Below are positions 9,806-20,828 of a stretch of DNA of 64,000 bases, one piece after another. Within the stretch, counting starts at the first letter, position 1. Every line of letters starts with the position of its first letter. The translations under genes and the position numbers were made by a program. The notes under the pieces were generated by a model. That model made no database searches. It had not been told where the DNA came from and saw nothing but the letters and a program-made list of their open reading frames with translations. Source of the DNA: a virus (lineage: Duplodnaviria; Caudoviricetes); the IMG/VR virus record IMGVR_UViG_2974541498_000001, positions 64,001 through 128,000 of that record; one strand, 5' to 3'.

Positions 9806-10699
9806 TTGACTAATATTGCTTCACAAGATACATTCATTAAACAAAATATAGAAAATAGAATAAATGCCGTAATAGCTAGTGGATCTTCTAATTCTAAGAA
9901 CTATATTATAACTGAGGCATTAAAAAACATAGAATCCGATGTCTCGGAAAGCTTTATAAACACCTATTGCGGAGACAATCCAAGCAATCAAATAGAAGTT
10001 AGTTACTCGTTCCCTCAAAATCGAGAAAACTTAGACGCTTTGGTAATTGTCAATGCGGGTGCTATGACCGAAGATGATAAAAGCTTAGGAGACAACTATA
10101 GTTCTTATAATTCTAGAGGTACTGGATTATCTACAGAAACAGCAAAAGTTCAATACGATATAGATAATGATATTTACTTCATAGAAACATCAGAACCTGT
10201 TAGTGAATTCGTTAAATGTGATGTCTTCAGTCAAGGAATAGTATTAACAGATGAAAAGTATCTATATCAAAATAAGTTGTTCCTTAGTTCCGGGGCAAAA
10301 CCTGCTTTAGGTGTTGATGTTACATTCTCATATATTCCTTTAATTGAAGGGTCTAATAGTCAGGATATGGCAGGATATAATATTGGATTTAATGCCACAG
10401 AGACAACAACAGTCTCTATCGTATCTAACCATATAGATACCCTTCGTTGTTTATCTGCTATTGTTGCCTTCTCTCTAATATCATTAAGAGCTACTAATGA
10501 ACAAGATGACATATTTGCTATTCAAACTATTAGTAAAAAAGGTCTTAGTACTATCCAAGATACATTTGGGATAAAGAATGTTGATGAGAAGCCTTTATAC
10601 GCTATTCAATATTCTTTAAATACTAAATCAACCTATTCTATTAGTTATAATGACGTTAATGCAATTAAAGAATTAGAAATAAATTTAAGGAGCGAATAA
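9806..10699 (+). CDS. putative tail terminator
   Basis: synteny before sheath; AGGAGG RBS, TTG start. Confidence 0.65.
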   Translation: MTNIASQDTFIKQNIENRINAVIASGSSNSKNYIITEALKNIESDVSESFINTYCGDNPSNQIEVSYSFPQNRENLDALVIVNAGAMTEDDKSLGDNYSSYNSRGTGLSTETAKVQYDIDNDIYFIETSEPVSEFVKCDVFSQGIVLTDEKYLYQNKLFLSSGAKPALGVDVTFSYIPLIEGSNSQDMAGYNIGFNATETTTVSIVSNHIDTLRCLSAIVAFSLISLRATNEQDDIFAIQTISKKGLSTIQDTFGIKNVDEKPLYAIQYSLNTKSTYSISYNDVNAIKELEINLRSE

Positions 10700-10701
10700 T
10701 T

Positions 10702-10866
10702 ATGGAATATATGAGCATTGATACTTTCTTAGAATCAGCTAAATACTTATATCCCCTATCGGATTCAGAAAAGGCTAATTTTAAGCGCAGGATGAAAGGT
10801 AACTGGTATATGAAGTCGGAAGAAGATTTCTTACCACACCTTAAAGATTTTATTAAAAACAAGTAA
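10702..10866 (+). CDS. small conserved protein before tail sheath (54 aa, MEYMSIDTFLESAK...)
   Basis: not in ORF track; AAGGAG RBS; IDTFL..A and F.P.L motifs resemble the herellevirus pre-sheath protein. Confidence 0.75.
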   Translation: MEYMSIDTFLESAKYLYPLSDSEKANFKRRMKGNWYMKSEEDFLPHLKDFIKNK

Positions 10867-10882
10867 AGAGAGGTAATAATAA

Positions 10883-12721
10883 ATGGCAATATATGTATAT
10901 CCATCAAATCAGAATGATAACATTCCAGGAATTTCTGTAACTATTAATACAGACTCCTTTACAGGATCTTCTAGCAATTCAGAAAAACCTTTAATGATTA
11001 TTGGGGAAGCTGATGATGGTATTCCACAAACTGTTAGAACTTTTTCTAGCTATACACAAGCTAAACAAGAACTTAGAGGCGGGGAACTTCTTAAAGCGTT
11101 AGAACTTGCTTGGCAACCAGATTCAGATGGGACGTATTATGCAGGAAATATTATGGCAATGCGCTCACAACCAGCTACCCAAGCATCCTTGAAGAAAGGA
11201 ACTTTGACATTTACTTCAAAGTTGTATTCAGAAAAGGCTAATAATATTCTAGTTAGCTTACAACCAAACAGAATTACTAATACTCAGCGGTTGGTTGTTT
11301 CATTCCCCGAAGATGGTGTTACTAATACCTATGATAATCTAGGGAATATATTCTCATTGTCTTACACAGGTAATGAACGCTATGCCGCTTATAAGATTGA
11401 TACCGATGAAAATGGTTTTGCATCTCTTTTAACGCTATATGCTGGAGATAGTGTAAGTACAGCAGAACCTATCCAAAAGTTTATCCTTGGTGATAATTCC
11501 TTATATGTTAAGACTAACAGTCTTATTAATGCCATTAATCAAGTTGCTGGATTTACTGCTACTAGATTCTCTATTGGAAATAAGAATGTTTATACTAAGT
11601 ATTATCATGGCATTGATGAAACGCAATTAAGTGCTACTCCTAATAAACAATATGTATATGCTATTGAAGGAGACATTCTTAATACTGTTGGCGATTATGA
11701 TAGCTATGTTTCCATCGGGTATGTTCCAGAAGGTACTCCAGAAGATCCAACTAATATTAAAGAAACTTCTATTAGTGATGGTGTTCATATTGAACTTGAT
11801 GCTATGGCCGTTACAACTCCAATAGATAACTTTGAAACAACTGCTTTATCTGGAGCTTCCGTAGGAGTTTCTCCTGATTCTTGGACTAGCTTATTCAACC
11901 AGTTTACTGATTCATATGATAACAATGGATATCTTGGGTATTACTTGATTCCATTAACAGATGATGCGGCTATCCAAGCAGAAGCTACCGCCTTTGCTAA
12001 TAATCAGGCTAGAGTTGGTAATGCTATGAGAGTCATTGTGGGTGCAGGAATTTCTGAACCAAAACAACAATTGATTAGCCGGTCACTAGAGCTGGATGAT
12101 GCACGAGCAAACCTAGTAGGTAATTCTGCTATGGTAAAGATGTCTGATGGTACTACCCAAGACATGCCCGGATATATGCTTGCCGCTATGGTTGGTGGCC
12201 TTGCTTCTGGTATTGATATTGGAGATTCTATTACTAATAAGACGCTTAACCTTGTTAGCTTAGATCAGAACTTTACAACCGATGATATTAATGAGTTGAC
12301 AGGTTCTGGAATAGTAACTATTAAATACCTTCAAAATAGATCGAGTAGCTCATTTAGAATTGTTGATGATGTTACTACTTCTACTAGGGTAGATGAACCA
12401 TTAGAACATGAAATGGCTATTGGTGAGAGTTCTGACTTCTTAGTTGCAGGTATTCGTGAAAAACTAGATCCATTTATTGGGAGCAAGATAAACACTGCGT
12501 ATGCAAGTACTCTTTCTTCTTACGTGCTTGAATATCTTTCTGATGTTAAAACAGAAGGAATTATCATGGATTATGACTCTAGCTCAGTAACTGTAACGAT
12601 CGTTGGATCTACTGCTAATATTGGTGCTACTGTATATCCTGATAGAACATTGAAGAAAATGGATATTGCTCTTCAATATAATACAGAAACTCTTACAAGT
12701 AGCAATACAAGCATTGCCTAA
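10883..12721 (+). CDS. tail sheath protein
   Basis: SEKPL.IIG.A, GELL.A.ELAW, YDNLGNIF, FRIVDDVTT motifs. Confidence 0.95.
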   Translation: MAIYVYPSNQNDNIPGISVTINTDSFTGSSSNSEKPLMIIGEADDGIPQTVRTFSSYTQAKQELRGGELLKALELAWQPDSDGTYYAGNIMAMRSQPATQASLKKGTLTFTSKLYSEKANNILVSLQPNRITNTQRLVVSFPEDGVTNTYDNLGNIFSLSYTGNERYAAYKIDTDENGFASLLTLYAGDSVSTAEPIQKFILGDNSLYVKTNSLINAINQVAGFTATRFSIGNKNVYTKYYHGIDETQLSATPNKQYVYAIEGDILNTVGDYDSYVSIGYVPEGTPEDPTNIKETSISDGVHIELDAMAVTTPIDNFETTALSGASVGVSPDSWTSLFNQFTDSYDNNGYLGYYLIPLTDDAAIQAEATAFANNQARVGNAMRVIVGAGISEPKQQLISRSLELDDARANLVGNSAMVKMSDGTTQDMPGYMLAAMVGGLASGIDIGDSITNKTLNLVSLDQNFTTDDINELTGSGIVTIKYLQNRSSSSFRIVDDVTTSTRVDEPLEHEMAIGESSDFLVAGIREKLDPFIGSKINTAYASTLSSYVLEYLSDVKTEGIIMDYDSSSVTVTIVGSTANIGATVYPDRTLKKMDIALQYNTETLTSSNTSIA

Positions 12722-12742
12722 TAATAGAAAGGACTGATTTAC

Positions 12743-13186
12743 TTGGCAAAAGCGGCATCAGGTAGTTATGAACAAGGCTATCAGCAATCAGAAACAGGTA
12801 CAGTAACTACCATATTTATGAACTCAAAAGCAGTAGGTAGAGCAACATCGGCCACTGCCCAAATTGAGTATGGTACTACTGGTGTTTGGGGTATTGGTGA
12901 TTATATGCCATATGAATACGTATTTATGCGGTATAATGGTCAACTTACGGTAGAAGGAATTAGAATGCGGACTAATGATATGGTTAGTGCCGGAATTGTT
13001 GCTCTAGGAGAAGATGTCCTAAAGCAAGGAGATACTCTAATTACTATTCAAGATAAGTATACGCACAACCTATTGGCTTCCTACAGTCATTGTACACCAG
13101 TAAGCTATAACTTACAAGTTCGGGCTAATCAATTAGTTACAGAACAAGCAGTATTTAACTTCACAAGTGCTACACAAAAGAAGTAA
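12743..13186 (+). CDS. tail tube protein
   Basis: VGRA.SA....EYGTTGV.GIG..MP.E motif; follows sheath. Confidence 0.9.
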   Translation: MAKAASGSYEQGYQQSETGTVTTIFMNSKAVGRATSATAQIEYGTTGVWGIGDYMPYEYVFMRYNGQLTVEGIRMRTNDMVSAGIVALGEDVLKQGDTLITIQDKYTHNLLASYSHCTPVSYNLQVRANQLVTEQAVFNFTSATQKK

Positions 13187-13192
13187 TAATTA

Positions 13193-13219
13193 AAATCCCC
13201 CATGTACGGGGGATTTTTT
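13193..13219 (+). terminator. rho-independent terminator
   Basis: AAATCCCC-catgtac-GGGGGATTTTT. Confidence 0.85.
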
Positions 13220-13310
13220 AGTGCATATTTAGTGCTTATACTAATATTAATTTATATACTATAATATATTTAGAATCCGCAAATTATATTATTATTAAAG
13301 GTGGTTTATT

Positions 13311-13829
13311 ATGGAAAAAAATAGTTATACCAAAGAAGAAATAGAGGCATTAAAGTATCCTGGTAGCAACAAAAAGAAGGAATATACTGAGGACGAACTA
13401 TTAAAGCTTCGCCAGAGATCTGAAAATGGAGATAAGTTAACTGATGATGAAGCCAATGCACTTCATAAGCAAGATAGTGAGAAGTCAATTAAAGACATTG
13501 ACCAAATTCTTCAGGGAGTTAATGATATCTTCTCAAAAGACTATGTTTTCTCAGAAGACAATGAAAAGTTTCATGTAGAAATAAAGGCACCTAACGTTAT
13601 TGAGGACGCTAAGATTAAAGCACTTAGAGAGAAGTGGTTAGATGGAACAGGTCTAGATCAAAATATGTTTGATTATACTGCCTATACTGCACTAGCCACC
13701 CTAAATGTATGTGGAACTAAAGTACCTGTTCAATTAGCTGATAATGATAAGATTTATCCGCCAACTCTTTCGTGGTTATACGAGATTGGAGTAGACTTTA
13801 ATAATTGGATGTCTCGATTTCGATCATAG
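13311..13829 (+). CDS. tail assembly chaperone (G-like)
   Basis: I..ILQGVNDIFSKDY.F and ATL...G motifs; between tube and tape measure. Confidence 0.8.
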   Translation: MEKNSYTKEEIEALKYPGSNKKKEYTEDELLKLRQRSENGDKLTDDEANALHKQDSEKSIKDIDQILQGVNDIFSKDYVFSEDNEKFHVEIKAPNVIEDAKIKALREKWLDGTGLDQNMFDYTAYTALATLNVCGTKVPVQLADNDKIYPPTLSWLYEIGVDFNNWMSRFRS

Positions 13830-14283
13830 ACGAAATTATACACCCTTAGTAAAAACAGTTTATTTTCAAAATTTATTTACTATAATGGACCACTTTAAAG
13901 TCCTACCAACAGATGAACGCTTTAAAAATCTTACTGTTGACCAAATAAATATTATTTTATATGGAATGCAAGAAAAGTCACGTAGAGAGGCTATTGCTCA
14001 GGCTAACGCTAATGGTGAGCAAGTTGTATCTACCAGTTCATTCAATGACTTGGATGACTCTTGGCAATATTCTGAAGATTTTGATCCTACTGATGGAGCG
14101 GGTGAAGAAGACTTGTTAAAGCAGGTTAAAGATCAGCAATCAGATAACATGGATAAAATGGAAAACGTAGATACCTTAGAAGCAGATAATCTTGCTAAGC
14201 AACAAGATAAGTATATTAAGAGTAAAAATAATGAGACTAAGAAGACCATATCTAAGACTATAGCGGCATTTACGAAAAAATAA
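13819..14283 (+). CDS. tail assembly chaperone extension (GT-like), probably reached by +1 frameshift
   Basis: +1 frame open from TTC at 13819 through ATG 13885 (no RBS) to 14283; F.VLPTD.RF motif. Confidence 0.75.
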   Translation, partial: FDHRRNYTPLVKTVYFQNLFTIMDHFKVLPTDERFKNLTVDQINIILYGMQEKSRREAIAQANANGEQVVSTSSFNDLDDSWQYSEDFDPTDGAGEEDLLKQVKDQQSDNMDKMENVDTLEADNLAKQQDKYIKSKNNETKKTISKTIAAFTKK

Positions 14284-14300
14284 GGAAAGGGGGAATATAA

Positions 14301-17300
14301 ATGGCTGATAACTCTTATAAATTTAAAGTTGAGGCAGAAACAGACTCTGCACTTAATAATCTTTCACAAGTAGAAGAACAAGCTAGAAAAATATCTGAGT
14401 TACAAAGTAATTCCCATAATAAAGGTGACTTTGTTTCTGTATCCAATATTCAAGAAGCGGTTCAGTCAATGCGTCAATTGGAACAGGAAGCTCAAAGCTT
14501 ATTATCTACATTTGATAAGTTTAGAAGCAATGGTGCTGGAGGGAATGCTAGTATACTTAATGGCGCCTTAAATGGAATAATGAGTAACGCCCGTGACTCT
14601 TTTAATTCAATATCAGGAATGAACATTAGTACTCCAAGAGGTTACTCTGTTTTAGATAGACAAGATGCCGCAAATACTGGTTATACTAATACAAGCTCCT
14701 CTTATATCGATAAACTGGATACCAGAGAAGATAGAAGTTATATGAGAAGGCTAGCTAGTCGGCAATCCGCTAGATTCCGATCAGCTATGTCTGGTAATAG
14801 AATTAGTGCAGAAAGGTATGACCAATTTAATTACGATAATGAGCAAGGGTTATCTAACTTGTCTGATATTGCGAATAGAAATAATTACCGTATAGACTCT
14901 GCTAGAGAAAGAATAGCTAAGGCTAGAACTAACATCAATGAAGTTAACCATGATACTAGCATTGATGAATTTTCTAGAAATCAAGCCACTCAAAAGCTTA
15001 ATGATGAAATAAATGCTAATACTAAGCTTATAGAATCCATTAAAAATTTTAATAGTGAAATAGATAAAACTACTACAAAGTTAAAAGATCAGAAGTCCCA
15101 AATGGATGATAATAGTGATATGACGGTATCTGCTCGTAGAGGAACCTTTCAAGGGTTCTTAGCACAAAGAGCAGGTGCTATCGGATATCATACTGTTGCT
15201 GGAGGTCTTGGATTAATAAGCTCGCAATATCAACAAGGAAAGCAACTAAACTCTGCTACTGATGATACTAGTATTAACTTAGCTTATTCTACTAATAGTG
15301 CTAATGACCAGTCAATTAGAAACCAAATGTTTTCTATTAACCAACAGAGGTCTAATGGATATAGTTTGGAAGATAGCCTTAATATGTATCAATTAGCTAT
15401 TTCCAGAAATGGTTATTCTGGTGGTAATAGTGCCACTAATATGGGAATGGTTGACCAGATGGAACAAGCCGGTAACAACACAGGTATTGGCAGATCTGGT
15501 TATATGAATTATGCTTCTTCTTTATTTAATGCTGGTGCTATAAATAATAATAATGACTTAAAATCATTAGATAACTCTGTTACTGGTATGAATGTCTATG
15601 CAAGGACACAGGGTATTCAACAACAACAGGCACAAACTCTAACTTCATTAGTTAATCAAACAAGCCAAGATAGAACTCTATCTGCAAGTGATATTCAAAG
15701 GCTTGCTAGTGTAGAAGGAATAACTGCTAAAAATGGTGGGAGATCCCTTCAAAGTATCCAAGGGCAACAATCACTATCCCAGTGGAACAATAGCTATATT
15801 CAAGCTAGTGAAGGAGATAATCAACAGCTACTGCAACTGAAAGTTCAATCAAATCCAGAAAGATATGGAGGACTTAGAGGTGCCGTAAATGCTGAAAAGG
15901 ATTTAAGTAAAGGGTTAGCAGACCCAGATAATATTGATTTAGCTAGAAGAATGTCCGATATGTATGGTGGAGGAAAAGGTGGAGGAGCCTTAGTCCTCCA
16001 ACATAGTTTTGGGATAAAGTCTATTAAGAATGCTGATGAAATATCTAAAATACTAGATAATGGTGACCTTTCTAAATCAGAGCAAGATAAGGCTATTAAA
16101 GATTTTGAAAAAACAGGTAAATTTAAGCGGCAAGAAAATCAGGCTAAATATGATAGTAGTTCTACGGCAAAAAGAAACCAACAAGCATCTGAATATGAGA
16201 AAAGAATTAGTCAAAGTAATGATGTAATAGAAAAGACTGTTGGGGGAATACTTGGATTTATTGGGGGACTTCCTAGCTGGATGACTACTATAATATCACT
16301 TCTTTCTACTATTGCAACAACTGCGGGAACACAAGCCGCAGGAAGCTATGTTGGTAGTAAAATTCAGGATTATGCTGATGGAAAATTCTCAGGAAAAGGA
16401 GGAAAATTCTCTACTAAATCAGGCGCTTATAAAGAAGGAGAGTCCCTCGGCGGGTATTCTTCCTCTAATAAAACAGCAAAGGTTAAGGGGAATTTTGGGT
16501 CATCTGGTAGAGCTTCCTTTACTAACCGGGCTGAAGCTAGATTTAATAATTCTAAAATAGGCGGAAAGGCTAGAAATATACTTGGAAAAGTTAAAGACAC
16601 TAAAATTGGTGGATTTACCTCTAGAACTTTAGAAAAAGGTAAAGGAGTATTTGGAAAAGCCGGAGAATTTGCTGGTAAATGGGGAAACAAATTAGGAGTT
16701 GCTGGTAATGTTCTAGCCGCCGGTGCGCTTGCCTCAGAAGTTATTGGGTCGAAACACCCAGTTAAGCAAGCTATTAGATCAGGTTCACGAATGGCTGGTG
16801 GAATGGCAGGCTGGGCAGGAGGTGCCGCCGCAGGTGCCGCATTAGGGTCAGTGATACCGGGAGCTGGTACTCTTGTCGGTGGTGCTTTAGGACTTGCTGG
16901 AGGAATTGGTGGTTCCTTAATAGGATCTGATGTATTTGGAAAAGTTGGAGACTTTCTTACTGGAAAGGGAAGTAATAAGTCTGCTGATACTGCACAAAAA
17001 TATCAGGATAAAGAAAAGGAAGAAGCTAACGCCAGAGCTAGAAAAGAAAATATTGATTCTGATAATCGACAACTAGATAAAGCGGCTAACCTATTAAATG
17101 TATCTAGAGCACAAAATGGATTAATTGGTAAAAATGGTACAGGAACTTCTAGTACCAGTATTAAACAATCTAAATCTGATAAAGATAAGGCTAAGCAGAA
17201 TGCTAAAGTAACCTCTGCTATGCAACCTTACCAAAAAATTTCAACTTATATGCCTATGGATAAAAATAGTAAAAAGTCTCCTAGCAAAAGTAAGTCAACG

Positions 17301-17633
17301 AAAGCTAAATCTTCTAATACTTCAGATACTAATAGCAAGTCTGCGGCTAAAGCAACCCAAGATGGTTTAAACAAAATGTATCATCATACTAGTATGGCTA
17401 GCAGAATGCTTAACCAGCCTGTGGGGGCACAAGACTTCTCTACAAGCACAAATAAATCAAGTAAATCTTCTAATAAATTTGATATTAAAGTTAATGTTAA
17501 TGGTGATGTTAAAGATGGTCATAAGACCGGTAAAGAAGTTGGTGAAGGACTTATTGCTAGTCTAAAGAATAAAATGAATAATGGTATTGCTAATAATACC
17601 AGCAATTTATCATTGCTAAATGGATTAAGCTAG
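14301..17633 (+). CDS. tape measure protein
   Basis: long helical A/G/S-rich protein with GAAAGAALG hydrophobic segment; synteny. Confidence 0.88.
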   Translation: MADNSYKFKVEAETDSALNNLSQVEEQARKISELQSNSHNKGDFVSVSNIQEAVQSMRQLEQEAQSLLSTFDKFRSNGAGGNASILNGALNGIMSNARDSFNSISGMNISTPRGYSVLDRQDAANTGYTNTSSSYIDKLDTREDRSYMRRLASRQSARFRSAMSGNRISAERYDQFNYDNEQGLSNLSDIANRNNYRIDSARERIAKARTNINEVNHDTSIDEFSRNQATQKLNDEINANTKLIESIKNFNSEIDKTTTKLKDQKSQMDDNSDMTVSARRGTFQGFLAQRAGAIGYHTVAGGLGLISSQYQQGKQLNSATDDTSINLAYSTNSANDQSIRNQMFSINQQRSNGYSLEDSLNMYQLAISRNGYSGGNSATNMGMVDQMEQAGNNTGIGRSGYMNYASSLFNAGAINNNNDLKSLDNSVTGMNVYARTQGIQQQQAQTLTSLVNQTSQDRTLSASDIQRLASVEGITAKNGGRSLQSIQGQQSLSQWNNSYIQASEGDNQQLLQLKVQSNPERYGGLRGAVNAEKDLSKGLADPDNIDLARRMSDMYGGGKGGGALVLQHSFGIKSIKNADEISKILDNGDLSKSEQDKAIKDFEKTGKFKRQENQAKYDSSSTAKRNQQASEYEKRISQSNDVIEKTVGGILGFIGGLPSWMTTIISLLSTIATTAGTQAAGSYVGSKIQDYADGKFSGKGGKFSTKSGAYKEGESLGGYSSSNKTAKVKGNFGSSGRASFTNRAEARFNNSKIGGKARNILGKVKDTKIGGFTSRTLEKGKGVFGKAGEFAGKWGNKLGVAGNVLAAGALASEVIGSKHPVKQAIRSGSRMAGGMAGWAGGAAAGAALGSVIPGAGTLVGGALGLAGGIGGSLIGSDVFGKVGDFLTGKGSNKSADTAQKYQDKEKEEANARARKENIDSDNRQLDKAANLLNVSRAQNGLIGKNGTGTSSTSIKQSKSDKDKAKQNAKVTSAMQPYQKISTYMPMDKNSKKSPSKSKSTKAKSSNTSDTNSKSAAKATQDGLNKMYHHTSMASRMLNQPVGAQDFSTSTNKSSKSSNKFDIKVNVNGDVKDGHKTGKEVGEGLIASLKNKMNNGIANNTSNLSLLNGLS

Positions 17634-17671
17634 ATTATAGCTTTTTCTATACATAGTTAAGGAGGAATATA

Positions 17672-20600
17672 ATGGCTTCTAATAACGTAACTAGTATAAC
17701 TACTAATCAAACATCCGTTCCACTAATTGAATTAAAATTATATACCGAGCATAATATTATTAATTTAAAATATGATAATTCTATAAAAACTAATAATAAA
17801 AGTTTAACTTCTGGTGTCGTTAGTTTTCAAACAAAGAATGCTATGGAAGATGACTCATCTGCTTTTAGCATAATCTTATCTGGAGACTTTAAGTGGGACT
17901 ACGTTATCTTCCCTAATGATATTATTTCTCTAGGAGTCAAAACTAATCAAACTGGTGTTAAAAATGATAAAAATACTAAGTTAATTACTGGAATGATTAC
18001 GGAAGTCCATAGAGTTGACAACTATGATTCAGACAATGTTGTCTATCAGCTTAATGGCCGTTCTATGGCAAACGCTTTTATGCAATACAAAATTGGACTT
18101 ATTGAAGAAGTTCAAGAAAGTATTAGTTCTATGGGTTGGCTATGGGATACTAATATGGATTATCAGGCAGAAACAGTAACTAGTGAAAATTCTAGTTCTG
18201 GTAGCGCTTCCGGAGTTCCTAGCACAGAATTAGAATTTTGGAAGCTCCCCCTAGATAATGATTTTGGAATATCTGAAAGCAAGTTAATTAGCTTAGCTAA
18301 AAGCTCCACTAGAGTAAAAATGTATAATATGGGAGTATCCGATATAAAGAAAGCCAATCAAATAATTAGTTCTTATCATTTTTCCGTAGCACTATTTTGG
18401 GGATACGAGTTAGTAGAAGGACCGGGATCTGCTGGATGGCTTAATCATCATGATTATGGTGGCGGTTGGGAGCATCAACTTAAAAGCTGTCTAAGAGACT
18501 TAATTGCTACTAGTAAGCATCATGGGAGCTTAGCTACTGGTGGTGGATCAAATGTTACGAGTTCTTGGTTTGGAAAAAAAGAAAGAGATATTTATAAGTC
18601 TTTGCCTAATGGTAGTATAGGCGTTATGTATATGCAAGAAACAGCCGCCGCATCTGCAATGCTTACTGGTCATCGCGCAGGAGGAAGACCCGGAGGTTAT
18701 GGAGACCCTTTCAAGACAATTATGGATAAATTAAAAAGCATGGGGGCAAAAGGAGGAACATCTACTAAATCAGCAAATTCCTCTGTAAAATCTTCTGGAT
18801 CAGGAAATACAAACGCTACTCAGGCAGAAATAAATAATGAAAAAGAACATTCAAAAGGCGTTGCTTTTCTAGGAAATACTTGTGCAGTAATTGAATCTGA
18901 AATAATGGATAGATTTCTTCCGTATATGAAGTATTCATATGGTACTAAAGGATATAACTTATCCCATTTTATTAATTATAATAGTATGACTAGCTGGGAT
19001 TCTTATGAAAAATTACAAGATTCTTCTTCATTTGTTAACTTTAAAGGAAGCTTATATGAATTGCAAGATGCAATTCTTCATAAACCCTTTGTAGAAATGT
19101 TCTATGATACTGATTATAATGGATTAGCTCATCTAGTAGTTAGAAGAACTCCTTTTAACCCTTCTGATTGGAATGGTGTTGACTCAAAAGGAAATTATGA
19201 AATTCCACGAGTAGTATTAAACAGTAACCAAGTTATTAATGATGATTTGAGTAAAACAAACAGTGAAGCTTACTCAGTATTTAATGTCAATCCGGCCACT
19301 GCTAACTATACTGGTATTAAAAATGCTGGAGAACTAGGATCACTTCCACAGTTCAACCAACAGTTAGTTAATATATATGGATATAGCATTCTAGAAGTTA
19401 CTAGCCTTTATTTAAAAGGAAGTAGTACGGGGCCTTTAGCTAATAATACTAAATCAACCGGAAAGAATTCAAAAGTTTTAGCAAGCGCAGGAACTCCTTA
19501 TACCGCATCTGATATTAATAAGCTTTTAAATAAAGTTAAACTAAAAACACTTAGACAGAAGCAATCCACTTACGCTCAAAAAATAGCTAATAATGCTAAT
19601 AATATTTCTGGCCAGCAAGCCGCAGAATTAGTTAGTGCTTATTTAATTAATGAAAAGCATTTAACGCAAACTAAAATGAATGGGATATTAGATACAGAAA
19701 ATGGTGGCGGACAAAGTTGTATTGGCGGAGAAGGAATAAGCTATAAGAAATGGCTAGATATTGTTAAAACATATTCTGATGCTAAAACCTATATGCAAGA
19801 ATGTAAAACAACTTTTAATAATACAGATGATGAGGTATTATTTGAACTTCGAGGAAAGTATGCTAGTGGTGGTAACAAGCTTTCTCAAAAAGATTTTAAG
19901 TCACTTCTAAAAAAATATCAAATTGTTAGTCAAAATACAAAAGTTAAGGATGAAGCTATTGATTTAAAATTCTTTACTCAAATGTTATTTAATTGGTATT
20001 CAGATGATATTAATTTCTTAGCAGGAAACATAACAGTTCCCGGTGACTCTAAATATAGAATTGGGGAAATAGCAGAAGTAATTAATGAAAATGATCCTAA
20101 AGATTCAATGGAATTCTATATAGAGTCTGTTGAACACACTTTTAGCTTTACTTCTGGATGGCAGACTGTTTTAGGAGTTACTAGAGGGCTTAAAAACTTA
20201 GGAAAAGATAGGTTTAAGCATATGTGGGGTAAAAACCAAGACTTCTTAGGAGGATATATGGGAGAAGCCGCACTTAATATGCTTGCTTATGGTACGGAAC
20301 CTACTAAATCTTCTGGAGGAAGTGACTCAACAGGAGGTGCCGCTGGAGGAAAATGGGGGCTTCCTTTTAAAGGACATGGAACTGTTGATACCAACCCTGC
20401 ACAAAACTTCGGATCTCCTAGAGGACAAGGAACCCATGATGGAACAGACTTTGGATTTTCTAATTTCTCTAATGGGGGATCAATTAGGGCTATCCATGGG
20501 GGAACCGTAAAATACGTGGGATCTGGGGCAGGTTCTTGGACAAATTCTGTTATTATTATTACGGAATCTGATGATGGATATTCTGTATGCTATCAAGAAT

Positions 20601-20809
20601 TTGGAACAACGGCCAATGCTAAAGTTAAAAAAGGAGATAAAGTAAAAACAGGAGATATAATTGGAACAAGAAACTACAGTGGGCATGATCATGTACATGT
20701 AGGAGTAACCAAGCATGGATGGAGAAAATTATATAATGGTAGCTATTCTACTAGTGGGTTTGAAGACCCTTTAAAATTAATTGCTGGTAAAAACCATGGA
20801 AGTGTTTAA
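17672..20809 (+). CDS. baseplate hub / tail-associated lysin with internal glycoside-hydrolase-like and C-terminal M23 peptidase domains
   Basis: SFQTKNAMEDDS and RRTPF hub motifs; HDGTDF...VKKGD.VK.G..IG...HVH M23 motifs. Confidence 0.88.
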   Translation: MASNNVTSITTNQTSVPLIELKLYTEHNIINLKYDNSIKTNNKSLTSGVVSFQTKNAMEDDSSAFSIILSGDFKWDYVIFPNDIISLGVKTNQTGVKNDKNTKLITGMITEVHRVDNYDSDNVVYQLNGRSMANAFMQYKIGLIEEVQESISSMGWLWDTNMDYQAETVTSENSSSGSASGVPSTELEFWKLPLDNDFGISESKLISLAKSSTRVKMYNMGVSDIKKANQIISSYHFSVALFWGYELVEGPGSAGWLNHHDYGGGWEHQLKSCLRDLIATSKHHGSLATGGGSNVTSSWFGKKERDIYKSLPNGSIGVMYMQETAAASAMLTGHRAGGRPGGYGDPFKTIMDKLKSMGAKGGTSTKSANSSVKSSGSGNTNATQAEINNEKEHSKGVAFLGNTCAVIESEIMDRFLPYMKYSYGTKGYNLSHFINYNSMTSWDSYEKLQDSSSFVNFKGSLYELQDAILHKPFVEMFYDTDYNGLAHLVVRRTPFNPSDWNGVDSKGNYEIPRVVLNSNQVINDDLSKTNSEAYSVFNVNPATANYTGIKNAGELGSLPQFNQQLVNIYGYSILEVTSLYLKGSSTGPLANNTKSTGKNSKVLASAGTPYTASDINKLLNKVKLKTLRQKQSTYAQKIANNANNISGQQAAELVSAYLINEKHLTQTKMNGILDTENGGGQSCIGGEGISYKKWLDIVKTYSDAKTYMQECKTTFNNTDDEVLFELRGKYASGGNKLSQKDFKSLLKKYQIVSQNTKVKDEAIDLKFFTQMLFNWYSDDINFLAGNITVPGDSKYRIGEIAEVINENDPKDSMEFYIESVEHTFSFTSGWQTVLGVTRGLKNLGKDRFKHMWGKNQDFLGGYMGEAALNMLAYGTEPTKSSGGSDSTGGAAGGKWGLPFKGHGTVDTNPAQNFGSPRGQGTHDGTDFGFSNFSNGGSIRAIHGGTVKYVGSGAGSWTNSVIIITESDDGYSVCYQEFGTTANAKVKKGDKVKTGDIIGTRNYSGHDHVHVGVTKHGWRKLYNGSYSTSGFEDPLKLIAGKNHGSV

Positions 20810-20828
20810 AAGAAAGGAAGATTAATAT

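Noticed and set aside
10665-10907. 80-aa minus-strand ORF before the sheath gene
   Set aside because: The plus-strand 54-aa ORF at 10702-10866 has an RBS and fits operon direction
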